Part shown: one piece after another, positions 1 through 8,984 of the stretch
Layout: every line of letters begins with the position of its first letter
Position numbering within the stretch: position 1 is the stretch's first letter
DNA from: Patescibacteria group bacterium
GTDB taxonomy: Bacteria; Patescibacteriota; Minisyncoccia; Portnoybacterales; UBA2143
DNA: 64,000 nt
NCBI GenBank assembly: GCA_018830295.1
Contig: JAHJSM010000001.1
Coordinates: 321,980-385,979 of the forward strand
Reading direction: 5' to 3'
Made by a program: the position numbers and the translations under genes
Notes under the pieces: model-generated
The model's database searches: none
The model's input: the letters and a program-made list of their open reading frames with translations, nothing else
Told to the model about the DNA's origin: nothing

Positions 1-1
1 T

Positions 2-889
2 GTAGGCGGGGCTTTAATTAATTTTATTTTGGTCTTTCTTTTTACTCGCGAATTTATTCCCGTTTCCTTTCAGTTTGATTTTATTTTTTGGAAAAAAATA
101 CTAAAAGAATCTCTGCCCTTAGCCTTGGCGATTGTTTTTACTGTAATTTATTTTAAACTGGACACAATCATGCTTTCTTTAATGAAGTCGCCTGTTGATG
201 TCGGTATTTACAATCTTTCTTATAAACTTTTGGAAAGTTTGCTCTTTTTTCCGGCGATGTTTGTCGGGTTGATTATGCCCTTGATGTCCAGATACGCCAT
301 TTTTAAAAAAGATAAATTTAAAAAAATCACCCAAAAAACGCTTGATATCCTGCTAATTTTCATTTTTCCCATGATGGCGGGCATCTTTTTTCTTTCTTCT
401 AAAATAGTTGTTCTAATTGGCGGCGATGATTTTATTTTGTCTGGCGGCGTCTTAAATGTTTTAATTATCGCCGCAGGTGTAATTTTTTTGGGAGTTCTTT
501 TTTCCAATATAATTATTTCCTTAAAAAAACAAAAGGCGTTAACAGTTATTTATGGGTTCGGAGCAATTTTTAATTTGGCGGCCAACTTTATCTTTATCCC
601 TAAATATTCTTATTATGGGGCGGCGTGGACGACTGTTTTAACGGAATTAATTGTTACGGCGATGATGATTTTTATTGTTTATAAATCGTTAAATTATCTA
701 CATTCTTTCAAAATTATTTTTAAATGCGCGGCGGCCGTTCTAATCATGATTTTGCCGCTCTATTTTTTAAGCGATTGGCATTTGTTTATTTTGGCTCCTC
801 TCTCGGCCTTGATTTATTTCGTATGTCTTTGGCTTTTTAAAGGCGTCTCTTCGGAGGAAATAATGTTTTTAATCAAAAAAGATGCATAA
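2..889 (+). CDS. Polysaccharide biosynthesis / Wzx-MurJ (MOP superfamily) flippase-like membrane protein, C-terminal part (5-prime end outside window)
   Basis: Open frame runs from window edge with no stop; polytopic hydrophobic sequence typical of MOP-family flippase C-terminal half; directly upstream of two Wzy_C-like genes. Homology call is by eye only. Confidence 0.45.
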   Translation, partial: VGGALINFILVFLFTREFIPVSFQFDFIFWKKILKESLPLALAIVFTVIYFKLDTIMLSLMKSPVDVGIYNLSYKLLESLLFFPAMFVGLIMPLMSRYAIFKKDKFKKITQKTLDILLIFIFPMMAGIFFLSSKIVVLIGGDDFILSGGVLNVLIIAAGVIFLGVLFSNIIISLKKQKALTVIYGFGAIFNLAANFIFIPKYSYYGAAWTTVLTELIVTAMMIFIVYKSLNYLHSFKIIFKCAAAVLIMILPLYFLSDWHLFILAPLSALIYFVCLWLFKGVSSEEIMFLIKKDA

Positions 890-2156
890 TTGGTTTCTCT
901 TGCTAATCTTATACCTCCCCTTTCAGGTCGCCCTCAATCCGGCGCGCGGTTTTGATTTGTCTTCTTTGAGGGTTTTAATTGTTCTCTTTTTTCTTTTTTG
1001 GCTAGCGAAAAATTATAAAAAAATTTTTGAAACTATTCGCGAGGGAGTTTATCTTAAAAACATCCAAAGCGCGGGCTTAATTCTTTTTTTTGTCGCTGCT
1101 TTTCTGTCGCTAATTGGAGCGGAAAATGTTTTTTGGGGGTTGAGAAAAATTGTATTTTTTATGTCCGTCTTCCCGCTCTATTTTTTAACGCTTGCTTTGG
1201 TTAATAATTTAGAAAAAATTAAAAAAATAATTTTAATTTTAGTCGGAGGCGGCGCTGTTTTCGCGCTTGTCGGTTTGCTTCAGTTTCTATCTGTTTTCGT
1301 TTTTGGATTAGAAGGGGTCTATAATTTTTGGGCATGGAATGTTGTTCCAGTTTTTTCAGGGTTTAACTTTGGCGCGATGCTTTTATCTTACCCAAGCTGG
1401 CTGGTTAATGTGAACGGCGAGACCATTATGAGGGCATTTTCTTTATTTTCTGACCCTCATATGTTTTCTTTTTATGTAGGAATGCTTGCGCCACTGGCGG
1501 CGGTTTATTTTAATAGTTATATATTTTTCTTTTTAATGTTTGTTGGCTTACTTCTGTCTTTCGCGAGGGGCGCTTATTTGGCGATTATTGCGGCTTTTCT
1601 TTTTATGGGCGTTCTTTTTTGGTTTTTCGCTAAAAACAAAAAAGCGGCGGTCGCGCTTTGCTCGCTGATTTTGGTTTTTATTATTCCAATCACTCCAATT
1701 TCGGATAGATTTTATTCTTCCTTTGACGCAGATGAAGGTTCAAACTCTGGCAGGTTGGAAATGTGGCGACAATCAGGGCAAACGGGTCTTCAATATTTTT
1801 GGAGCGGGGTTGGATTGGGGAATTATTCTTCTGTTGTTGACTCGGGTTTTGGGTACAGAAATCCAATTACGGCGCACAATCTTTACTTAGACATCTTCTC
1901 GGAAATTGGGTTTCTGGGCTTGTTTTTTTGGCTTTTTTTACTCTTAGGAACTATTTGGCAGTTGTTTCAAAAGCTTAAAAAATCAGATAATACAAAAGAA
2001 AAGTACATTATTATCGGTCTGCTTGGTTCTCTTTCTTATTTTTTAGTCCATAGTTTTTTTGAAACGCCCGTCTATAACCCTTCGGTTTTATCTCTTTTAA
2101 TGGTCATTCTGGGAATTTCCAGCGCGATCATAATAGCGCCCAATAAACAACATTAA
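882..2156 (+). CDS. O-antigen ligase / Wzy_C-domain membrane protein (WaaL/PglL-like)
   Basis: About 10 TM helices plus large loop with motif ...RNPITAHNLYLDIFSEIGFLGL... typical of Wzy_C (O-antigen ligase) family; overlaps upstream gene by 8 nt (operon). Confidence 0.6.
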   Translation: MHNWFLLLILYLPFQVALNPARGFDLSSLRVLIVLFFLFWLAKNYKKIFETIREGVYLKNIQSAGLILFFVAAFLSLIGAENVFWGLRKIVFFMSVFPLYFLTLALVNNLEKIKKIILILVGGGAVFALVGLLQFLSVFVFGLEGVYNFWAWNVVPVFSGFNFGAMLLSYPSWLVNVNGETIMRAFSLFSDPHMFSFYVGMLAPLAAVYFNSYIFFFLMFVGLLLSFARGAYLAIIAAFLFMGVLFWFFAKNKKAAVALCSLILVFIIPITPISDRFYSSFDADEGSNSGRLEMWRQSGQTGLQYFWSGVGLGNYSSVVDSGFGYRNPITAHNLYLDIFSEIGFLGLFFWLFLLLGTIWQLFQKLKKSDNTKEKYIIIGLLGSLSYFLVHSFFETPVYNPSVLSLLMVILGISSAIIIAPNKQH

Positions 2157-3341
2157 ATGTTAGTTTTATCTTTTCAAAAAATTATTAACTTTGGGATTTA
2201 CTTGGTTGTTTTTTTAATTCCAACATACATTTTTTCTTTCAAAATTTGGCTTATTCCGACTAATCTTTTAGAAGCTCTTGTTAGTGTTTTGTTCCTCGCT
2301 TGGTTTATTGGAAATTTTAACAAAATACCTGAAATATCGCGCAGTATGTTTAAAAGTTCATTTTTCCCGCCGATTTTACTTATCTTTTTAGGCGCGAGCA
2401 TCTCAACTATTTTTTCGGATGATATTATCACAAGCGCTGGGATATGGAAGAGTTGGTTTATTGTTCCTTTGCTGTTTTTTGTTGTCGTTTTAAACGCGAT
2501 TAAAAATGGGAAACAGGTTCAAAAAATTATTTCATCCCTGTTCTTTTCTGGTTTTTGGGTCTCTTTAATCGCTCTTTTTTATTTTTTCAGTCATAATCTG
2601 ACTTATGATGGCCGATTGAAAGCATTTTACGAATCCCCCAACCACTTGGCGATGTATTTATCGCCTATTTTGATTTTATCTCTTTATTTATATTTTGTTT
2701 TTGATAAAAAAATTATTAAATTTTTCTTGTTTGCCGCTCACTGTTCATTACTTGTTGTTTTGTATTTAACTTATTCTTATGGCGCGTGGATTGGACTGAT
2801 CGCTTCTTTGTTTTTTCTTTTAGCGACGATAAAAAAACAGAAAAAGATTTTTTATTTAATAGGGATTATGTTTCTGATTGTCGCTTCTTTTTTCGCTTTT
2901 CAAATTAATAGCCAAAAATTTCAGGGAATGATTGATTTTTCTTATCCCTCTTTGTCTTCTCGTTTCGTAATCTGGCAAAGCGCTTGGGAGATAATAAAAG
3001 ACCATCCCTTTAATGGGATTGGTCCCGGACTATTTCAAGAATATTATTTGAAATACCAAGTAACCCTTGAACCCTATCTTGAATGGGCCGTTCCTCAGCC
3101 CCACAACCTCTTTCTGGCGTTCTGGCTCCAAACAGGGTTACTCGGCCTGCTCGGATTTATTTGGCTCTTATTTAGGTTCTTTAGAATAAAAATAAACTCA
3201 TTAGCCATTATTTTAATGGCGACGATGATTTGTGTTCTAATTCACGGATTAGTTGACACAACTTACTGGAAAAATGACTTGGCGGTTGTTTTTTGGCTGA
3301 TTATAGCTCTAAACTACAAAGCAATCCGTCTCTCTTATTAA
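2157..3341 (+). CDS. O-antigen ligase / Wzy_C-domain membrane protein, paralog 2
   Basis: Polytopic; motif ...PQPHNLFLAFWLQTGLLGLLGF... (H-N-x-aL/FL signature of Wzy_C); start codon immediately follows stop of previous gene. Confidence 0.6.
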   Translation: MLVLSFQKIINFGIYLVVFLIPTYIFSFKIWLIPTNLLEALVSVLFLAWFIGNFNKIPEISRSMFKSSFFPPILLIFLGASISTIFSDDIITSAGIWKSWFIVPLLFFVVVLNAIKNGKQVQKIISSLFFSGFWVSLIALFYFFSHNLTYDGRLKAFYESPNHLAMYLSPILILSLYLYFVFDKKIIKFFLFAAHCSLLVVLYLTYSYGAWIGLIASLFFLLATIKKQKKIFYLIGIMFLIVASFFAFQINSQKFQGMIDFSYPSLSSRFVIWQSAWEIIKDHPFNGIGPGLFQEYYLKYQVTLEPYLEWAVPQPHNLFLAFWLQTGLLGLLGFIWLLFRFFRIKINSLAIILMATMICVLIHGLVDTTYWKNDLAVVFWLIIALNYKAIRLSY

Positions 3342-4413
3342 TAAAGAAAAGATAATCTTCTTGCGGAGATAGAATTACCTTTTGAGCGTCATAACTATTT
3401 TCTAGATTGTCTTCTCCTTCAAAAATTTTAATTGCTTCTTCTGTGTCTGAATCAATTCTCCAAAAATCGTCAGAGAAAAGAATTTTGTTTTTGTAGTAAT
3501 CATCAGGCAAAACAGCTGAAGACGATATTTTTTTTGGAATGGCGCAAAAAATATTTCGGTTATCTTGGCTCCAAGCGCACTTTTCGGGCAATGAAATAAA
3601 ACTTAATTCTTTAATGGTTTGTTTATCCCAATCCATTATTTTTAATTTTAAGTTCTTGCCATCGCTGTTTGTCTCCGAAAAAAGTATTTTATTGCTATTG
3701 GGCGACCAAAGAACAGACATCCCGTATGCCTCGCCCAATATTTTTTCAATATTGTTGTTGGGCAAGTTAATCGCGTAAACAATGCTTTTAGCTAAGCCAC
3801 TGGGCCTGGTTCTAATTGAGATTTTGTTTCGACTCGGCCATTCTATAATTAGGTTTTTCATTCTCGTTGAAAAAACATTAACCCATTCGGAACCGTCGGG
3901 GTTGGATATGCTAATATTATTATCTTCGTTTTGGGAGTTATAGTATTGGTAAGCGATTTTATCCTCATCGGGTGACCAGGCAATCCAGCGGACTTGCGTC
4001 GCAAGAGGAGTGGTTATCTTTGTGGAGTAGTCGTAAAGATATTTTTTTGGCAATCCTCTTTCATCAAAAATGGCGATTACTTTATCTTTACTTGGCGACC
4101 AAAGAATTTCCAAAAGGTCCGTCAGAATATTTGACGAAACGCGCGTTTGATTTGAGCCGTCAAAATCGGATTCAAAAACATTGCCATTATTGGATGAATA
4201 ATATTTAATTTTTTGTCCGTCAACAGCCGCTCCCATTGCTGGTTCTTGAGAGATGGTCTTTATTTTATCGCTCCAATAGGACTGCGTTGCTTGTTCTGCT
4301 GCTCCATCAGATGGCTCCATTTCTTCTTTGAAGAAATAATTATAAATAAGCAAAAGAGTTGCCGACAAAACGAGCAAAACAATTAAAACTACGAGTATTT
4401 TTTTGAGAGGCAT
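3301..4413 (-). CDS. Membrane-anchored TolB-like WD40/beta-propeller protein
   Basis: N-terminal TM anchor (LVVLIVLLVLSATLLLIY) followed by repeated W-S-P-(D/N/S)-x-x-K-I-a-F/Y blades (WSPSKDKVIAIF, WSPDEDKIAY, WSPNSNKILF) as in TolB/DPP-IV N-terminal propellers. Confidence 0.5.
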   Translation of the reverse strand: MPLKKILVVLIVLLVLSATLLLIYNYFFKEEMEPSDGAAEQATQSYWSDKIKTISQEPAMGAAVDGQKIKYYSSNNGNVFESDFDGSNQTRVSSNILTDLLEILWSPSKDKVIAIFDERGLPKKYLYDYSTKITTPLATQVRWIAWSPDEDKIAYQYYNSQNEDNNISISNPDGSEWVNVFSTRMKNLIIEWPSRNKISIRTRPSGLAKSIVYAINLPNNNIEKILGEAYGMSVLWSPNSNKILFSETNSDGKNLKLKIMDWDKQTIKELSFISLPEKCAWSQDNRNIFCAIPKKISSSAVLPDDYYKNKILFSDDFWRIDSDTEEAIKIFEGEDNLENSYDAQKVILSPQEDYLFFINKRDGLLCSLEL

Positions 4414-4423
4414 AATTTTGTGA

Positions 4424-4789
4424 TTATAGTGTTATTGACCAATTGACTAAATTTGGATTGATTTTGCTTAAAATTAAATAAGCGGCGAGAATTAAAACTA
4501 ATCCAGAAAGCGCTCCCCAAATGTATTCTTTGGATTTCTCTTTTGTTGTCACGACATCAGAAAGCATATAGGAAAAACCTCCAATAACCAGCCCGCCCAA
4601 AGCGGCGACAATGACAAAACCTATTCCAAATGTGTAAAGATATCCGATATATTCAGGAAATGTGACTTCCTTGCCAGAGACCACATTAGGCAAAGCAATT
4701 TCTATTTTGTAGCCAGCTGAAGCGAAATCGGCGGCAAACAACAAGTAATAAGTGATGACAAATAAAATTTTATAAAGATTTTTTTTCAT
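4424..4789 (-). CDS. Small secreted two-TM protein, VirB2/TrbC-like pilin candidate
   Basis: 121 aa; signal peptide (…LLFAADFASA) then two hydrophobic helices separated by short loop (GIGFVIVAALGGLVIGGF … ALSGLVLILAAYLIL), the canonical T4SS pilin layout; sits at 3-prime end of the VirB4 operon. Confidence 0.35.
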   Translation of the reverse strand: MKKNLYKILFVITYYLLFAADFASAGYKIEIALPNVVSGKEVTFPEYIGYLYTFGIGFVIVAALGGLVIGGFSYMLSDVVTTKEKSKEYIWGALSGLVLILAAYLILSKINPNLVNWSITL

Positions 4790-5511
4790 GGTTTAAAATT
4801 TATTTCCGCGGTTAGGCGGGCTTTTTGAAGCGGATTGTTTTTGTTTTCCGCTTTGACGACTAAATTTCTCGTAAAAGAATTCACCAATTGTCCAATTTCA
4901 AGAGTAAGAATGTCAGGACTTTTCTCGTCTGTCAGAACGGCTTTTTCTTCGCCAAGTTCCCATTGGTAATTTAATTCCTCAATATTTTTAATGTTAAAAA
5001 AATATGGCTGAACGGAAAAAACAATTTTTTTATTAGAAGAGACCTGGTATTTTGGCGTAATTCCAAAATATCCGTTAAAAAGAGAGTTTGTTTTTAGAAT
5101 AATTTCTGGCTCTTGCGGTTTAATCACTAAATAATAAGGTTGTCCTATAGTCGCTCCTTCTTGGTTTTTAATTTCTAATTTAATAGATTTTTTAGCGGAA
5201 CTTCCTCCCATATTAAACCTAAAAATTTGTTTTCCCTCTCCTGAATTTTCGTTTTGAATACGGTCATCCAAAAACCAATTATAAACTAATTCTTGGGGAT
5301 TAACTTCTTGAGAAAAAATATTAGCGACTACCTCCACGGAGCTTTCTCTGTCAGGAAGGGCTTTCCCTGTATAAGTGGGGTGAGTATATGTATTGGTTGA
5401 CCAAGTAAGAACAACTTCTATATCTGAAGACTGTCCTTGAATTAAAGCAATAGGCAAAAGAAAAAAGACAAGAACTAATAAAAAATATAAATTTTTTTTA
5501 AAAATAATCAT
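4786..5511 (-). CDS. Secreted hypothetical protein (signal peptide), T4SS-cluster associated
   Basis: N-terminal signal peptide MIIFKKNLYFLLVLVFFLLPIALIQGQ; no recognisable catalytic motif; 4-nt overlap with downstream gene. Confidence 0.4.
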   Translation of the reverse strand: MIIFKKNLYFLLVLVFFLLPIALIQGQSSDIEVVLTWSTNTYTHPTYTGKALPDRESSVEVVANIFSQEVNPQELVYNWFLDDRIQNENSGEGKQIFRFNMGGSSAKKSIKLEIKNQEGATIGQPYYLVIKPQEPEIILKTNSLFNGYFGITPKYQVSSNKKIVFSVQPYFFNIKNIEELNYQWELGEEKAVLTDEKSPDILTLEIGQLVNSFTRNLVVKAENKNNPLQKARLTAEINFKP

Positions 5512-5804
5512 TTTTTTTGTTCAAAATACATACTTACCACAAAAATAGTCCAAGTTGGGGAAATATCGCCCACGATAGGAATAAGTTCAATTAGGAATGT
5601 TCCGCTAAATTTTCCGGCAGGAAACTTATGAAGGCGAAAATAGCACCAAAAACCAAGGATAAAAGCGGTCATCGTGTCAATCATTCTAAAAAAGAGCAAG
5701 TCCAATCCAAACCAATCGCAAAAATCATTCGCGAAAGCGATTAAGCCGATAATCGCGAACTCGGCGTCAGTAATGTTGCTAGAGGGCGCTTTTATTTTTT
5801 TCAT
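5508..5804 (-). CDS. Small membrane protein (possible VirB3-like component)
   Basis: 98 aa, 2-3 hydrophobic helices, translationally coupled immediately downstream of VirB4-like ATPase. Confidence 0.35.
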   Translation of the reverse strand: MKKIKAPSSNITDAEFAIIGLIAFANDFCDWFGLDLLFFRMIDTMTAFILGFWCYFRLHKFPAGKFSGTFLIELIPIVGDISPTWTIFVVSMYFEQKK

Positions 5805-7605
5805 TTTCTTTTTCTCTTTCTTCTTCTTCTCTTGCTAATTCTTCTTTTGCTTTTTCGATTTCCAATAATTGCGCTGGGTCGGATGTGATAATTTGGTCTT
5901 CTGTGTAAGAAGCGACTATTTGGATTGCGACATGTTTTGCTCCAACAAAGAAAATCCCCTCCCCGACAGCGCTTTCCAAAAGCATATATTTTTCTTGATT
6001 AGTTAAATTGAATGTTTCTTTAATAAGGTCTATTGAGGCGGGCGATTGTTTTAATAAAAGTTGGATAGATGAGTTCGTGACGATCGGCTTGCCATATTTG
6101 GATTGTATAAAATCGGCTACATCTTGTGTGATTGTGGTTAGTCCGAGATAATATTTGCGGCATCGCTTGGCAATTCCATAGAGAAAAGAAGCAGCGTCTT
6201 CGTGTTGCATCATCACCCACGCTTCGTCAACAACCATCATCCTCTTCTTTCTTTTTGTGCGGATAATGTTCCAAATATATCGCAAAATAATATACATTGC
6301 CAAAGGTCTTAATTCTTCTTCCATATCTCTAATACTAAAAACAACCAATTCTTTGTCTAATCTAACATTGGTTGGTTGATTAAAAAATCCCGCGTAACTT
6401 CCACTGACAAATTTTTCTAAGCGAACGACTAAACTTTCAGCTCCGGTCATTCCCTTTAAGATAGCTTGAAAATCTTGCATGAGCGGAGGAGCAATCGCGC
6501 TAAAATCGGAATCTACTGTAATATCTCTGGCGGCGTATGTCTCAGTCAACGCCTTATCTACAATCGCATCCTCTTCCGGTGTCAGTCCACCGAGCATAAT
6601 TCTTATTAATCCAACCAAACTAATAATATTATTTCTTAAAATATCAGATGGCTTTTCGTCTGGTCCCGGAACGGGCAGGTCAAATGGATTAAGATAATGC
6701 CTAGAAGAAAGAGAAATATTAATAAATGTTCCATCAACCGTTTCAGCCAAATATTTATACTCTTTTTCCGGGTCAACAACAATAACATCGGTTTCTTGCA
6801 TTAACGAACGCAATATCTCCAACTTTACGGAATAGCTTTTGCCAGATCCGCTTTTTGCGAATACGACCATATTCGCGTTTTCTAAACTGAAGCGGTCAAA
6901 CAAGATTAAGGAATTGTTATGGCGGTTGATGCCGTAAAGAATTCCTTTACTATCGCTTAAATCAGATGAAACAAAGGGAAATGTGGAAGAAAGAGGGCTG
7001 GTGTTAAAGTTATTATGGACAAGCAATTTGTCTTCTTGTAGAGGAAGCGTTGAAACAAATCCTTGTTCTTGCTGAAAAACGGCTGGTTTGGCGTGGACCA
7101 TCTGATTTTCCAAAAGCGCTCGGATTTTATTTTCAGCGCTATCAAGGTCTTTTGGAGAGTCGGCAAAGAAAGTGATATAAATCCCTAACTTAAATAAGCG
7201 TTCGTTCCCTTCTTGAAGTTTATCTCTAATATTTTCAACATTTCTTAGCGCTGACTCTAAAGCGGGATCGCGAACCTTCCCCTTTCCTTGCTGGAATGAT
7301 ATTTGAGATTGAATTTGCGCTGTTTTTTTTGTTAATTGTTTTAAGACGGCGCTTGTCTCAACTGGATGGATAAAGAGAGCGATGTTCATCTCTTGGTCAA
7401 GCGTGATGACAGGAGATAGCCAATTAGACACTATCGTTTGAGGGAAAGAGAAAACAAAAATTGTTCGCGCGTATTTTTCGCCGATTTGTAAATAATTAGA
7501 GTCAATCATCATTCCCGCAGGAGCGATTAAATCAATCGTTTCAGTCGGTTCTCCTGGGAGCAAGTCCTCCGATTTTGTTTCTTTTGTTTTTTTGAATAGG
7601 TTCAT
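5779..7605 (-). CDS. VirB4/TraC/TrbE/PrgJ-like type IV secretion ATPase
   Basis: 608 aa; Walker A VFAKSGSGKSY, Walker B hydrophobic-MMVVDEAWVMM (DEAW is the VirB4/TraC hallmark), C-terminal coiled acidic tail; size and motif spacing fit Gram-positive-type VirB4. Confidence 0.75.
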   Translation of the reverse strand: MNLFKKTKETKSEDLLPGEPTETIDLIAPAGMMIDSNYLQIGEKYARTIFVFSFPQTIVSNWLSPVITLDQEMNIALFIHPVETSAVLKQLTKKTAQIQSQISFQQGKGKVRDPALESALRNVENIRDKLQEGNERLFKLGIYITFFADSPKDLDSAENKIRALLENQMVHAKPAVFQQEQGFVSTLPLQEDKLLVHNNFNTSPLSSTFPFVSSDLSDSKGILYGINRHNNSLILFDRFSLENANMVVFAKSGSGKSYSVKLEILRSLMQETDVIVVDPEKEYKYLAETVDGTFINISLSSRHYLNPFDLPVPGPDEKPSDILRNNIISLVGLIRIMLGGLTPEEDAIVDKALTETYAARDITVDSDFSAIAPPLMQDFQAILKGMTGAESLVVRLEKFVSGSYAGFFNQPTNVRLDKELVVFSIRDMEEELRPLAMYIILRYIWNIIRTKRKKRMMVVDEAWVMMQHEDAASFLYGIAKRCRKYYLGLTTITQDVADFIQSKYGKPIVTNSSIQLLLKQSPASIDLIKETFNLTNQEKYMLLESAVGEGIFFVGAKHVAIQIVASYTEDQIITSDPAQLLEIEKAKEELAREEEEREKENEKNKSAL

Positions 7606-8249
7606 TGGTTTCTCATATCTTTAGATTTTTTAATTTCAGCGTCTTCTTTGGCGCTGGGGTTATACAGTTTATAAAAAAGTTCAATTAATTCGTCGGTTTT
7701 TAAGGGAATCGCTTTAACTCCCGCGCCGCGCAGACCAGAGACAACAAACTCTACTCTTTGCCAAAGGTCGTTTTTAATTTCTTGAAATTTTTGCTCTTTA
7801 GCGGAATGGTTTTGTTTACTTGAAAAAACATCAAAAAAGCTGGATTTTTTGACAATAGAAGGGCTATACGGAACAACCACATAAAACGATTCAGTCATAA
7901 TATTGGTTAATTCGGTCAAGCCCTTAACAAAATCAATGTATTCGTAAGATTGCATTTTTAAAAGTTGATTTTCTTGCTTTATTTGTTTTTGTTCCAAACT
8001 TTCAAGATATGGTTTAATGTTAAATCTTCGCGAAGCGGCGACAATTTGGATTGAGAAATCAAGCGAGTTAAGAAAGTTTTGGTATTGAAAAATAATCGCG
8101 TCCTGTTCGTCAACAGACCTTAAAGCGAAATTTAAACTTGTTGTCATTAAAACAGCGCGCATCCCGCCATTTTTAAGAAAAATAACATCATCTCTAATTT
8201 CTTTAATCTCTATATGTTTTTGAATAGAAGCGGCGTTTATTTTTTCCAT
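7602..8249 (-). CDS. Hypothetical protein, T4SS operon member
   Basis: 215 aa soluble protein, coupled (4-nt overlap) to VirB4-like gene; no recognisable motifs. Confidence 0.4.
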   Translation of the reverse strand: MEKINAASIQKHIEIKEIRDDVIFLKNGGMRAVLMTTSLNFALRSVDEQDAIIFQYQNFLNSLDFSIQIVAASRRFNIKPYLESLEQKQIKQENQLLKMQSYEYIDFVKGLTELTNIMTESFYVVVPYSPSIVKKSSFFDVFSSKQNHSAKEQKFQEIKNDLWQRVEFVVSGLRGAGVKAIPLKTDELIELFYKLYNPSAKEDAEIKKSKDMRNQ

Positions 8250-8512
8250 AAATATAATTTTGGTTTGACTGAATAAGTAATGAATGAATTCAGAAAATTA
8301 ACAAAAGGTCGTCCATTTACTTTGTAAAAAGCGAGAGACAACGCGAGAGCAATAACCGGAGCGGCAACAATAATAAACGCTCCCAAAGTTAAAACACTCC
8401 AAAGAAAAGCGACTGCCATTGCCCCTCCTCCCAAATATAAAAATTGCTTCAATGTCAGAGGGCCTATGATTTTATCTTCAATGTCAATTAATTGTGGAAC
8501 TTGAAATTGCAT
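8237..8512 (-). CDS. PrgI/VirB3-like small two-TM membrane protein
   Basis: 91 aa; pattern IGPLTLKQFLYLGGGAMAVAFLWSVL…IIVAAPVIALALSLAF resembles PrgI-family (VirB3 analogue) proteins that precede VirB4 in Gram-positive T4SS. Confidence 0.45.
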   Translation of the reverse strand: MQFQVPQLIDIEDKIIGPLTLKQFLYLGGGAMAVAFLWSVLTLGAFIIVAAPVIALALSLAFYKVNGRPFVNFLNSFITYSVKPKLYLWKK

Positions 8513-8515
8513 GAA

Positions 8516-8974
8516 TTATGAATTATGGGTTGCTTTTAAATTAACAATATTGCCTTCTAGCTTGGGTTCTATTGTTCTATTTGGCGCGTTTTGCTCCTCT
8601 TCTCTTGGCCATCGCGCGATATTATGAATTTTTTTAAGTTCTTCTTTAACGGGCAGAAAGACCGATTGATTAACATCGCGCGCGACTTGGCGAGCTGTTT
8701 CTTCATTTAATCCGCATTTGTCACGAATTTCTTTTACAAATTCAGTAATATTTGTCTCGCCCAAAAGAACCATCCCGACAATGTAAGAAAAGTCCCAAAG
8801 TTGGTTTTTGCTTAATTTGTTTTTTTCAGCCACCGCTCTTATTTTATCAGCTGTTTCCACAGAGGGAATTGTTTCTCTTAATTTTTGCGGAAGTTGAAGA
8901 AATTTTAAGTACCTTTTTTTTAATAAAGGATCTGGAATATCTTTTAACGCTTCCATTTGCGTTTGGTTAAGCAT
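8516..8974 (-). CDS. Hypothetical soluble protein, T4SS operon member
   Basis: 152 aa, no TM, between VirB6-like and PrgI-like genes. Confidence 0.4.
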   Translation of the reverse strand: MLNQTQMEALKDIPDPLLKKRYLKFLQLPQKLRETIPSVETADKIRAVAEKNKLSKNQLWDFSYIVGMVLLGETNITEFVKEIRDKCGLNEETARQVARDVNQSVFLPVKEELKKIHNIARWPREEEQNAPNRTIEPKLEGNIVNLKATHNS

Positions 8975-8984
8975 AAGTTAAAAA

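Noticed and set aside
220-507. Minus-strand 95-aa ORF inside the flippase-like gene; similar antisense ORFs at 2198-2431, 3539-3778, 3972-4208, 6020-6220, 6479-6697, 9229-10395 and elsewhere
   Set aside because: They are fully embedded antisense to longer ORFs that have clear protein-family signatures. They lack RBS motifs and have low-complexity composition typical of antisense frames of AT-rich genes.
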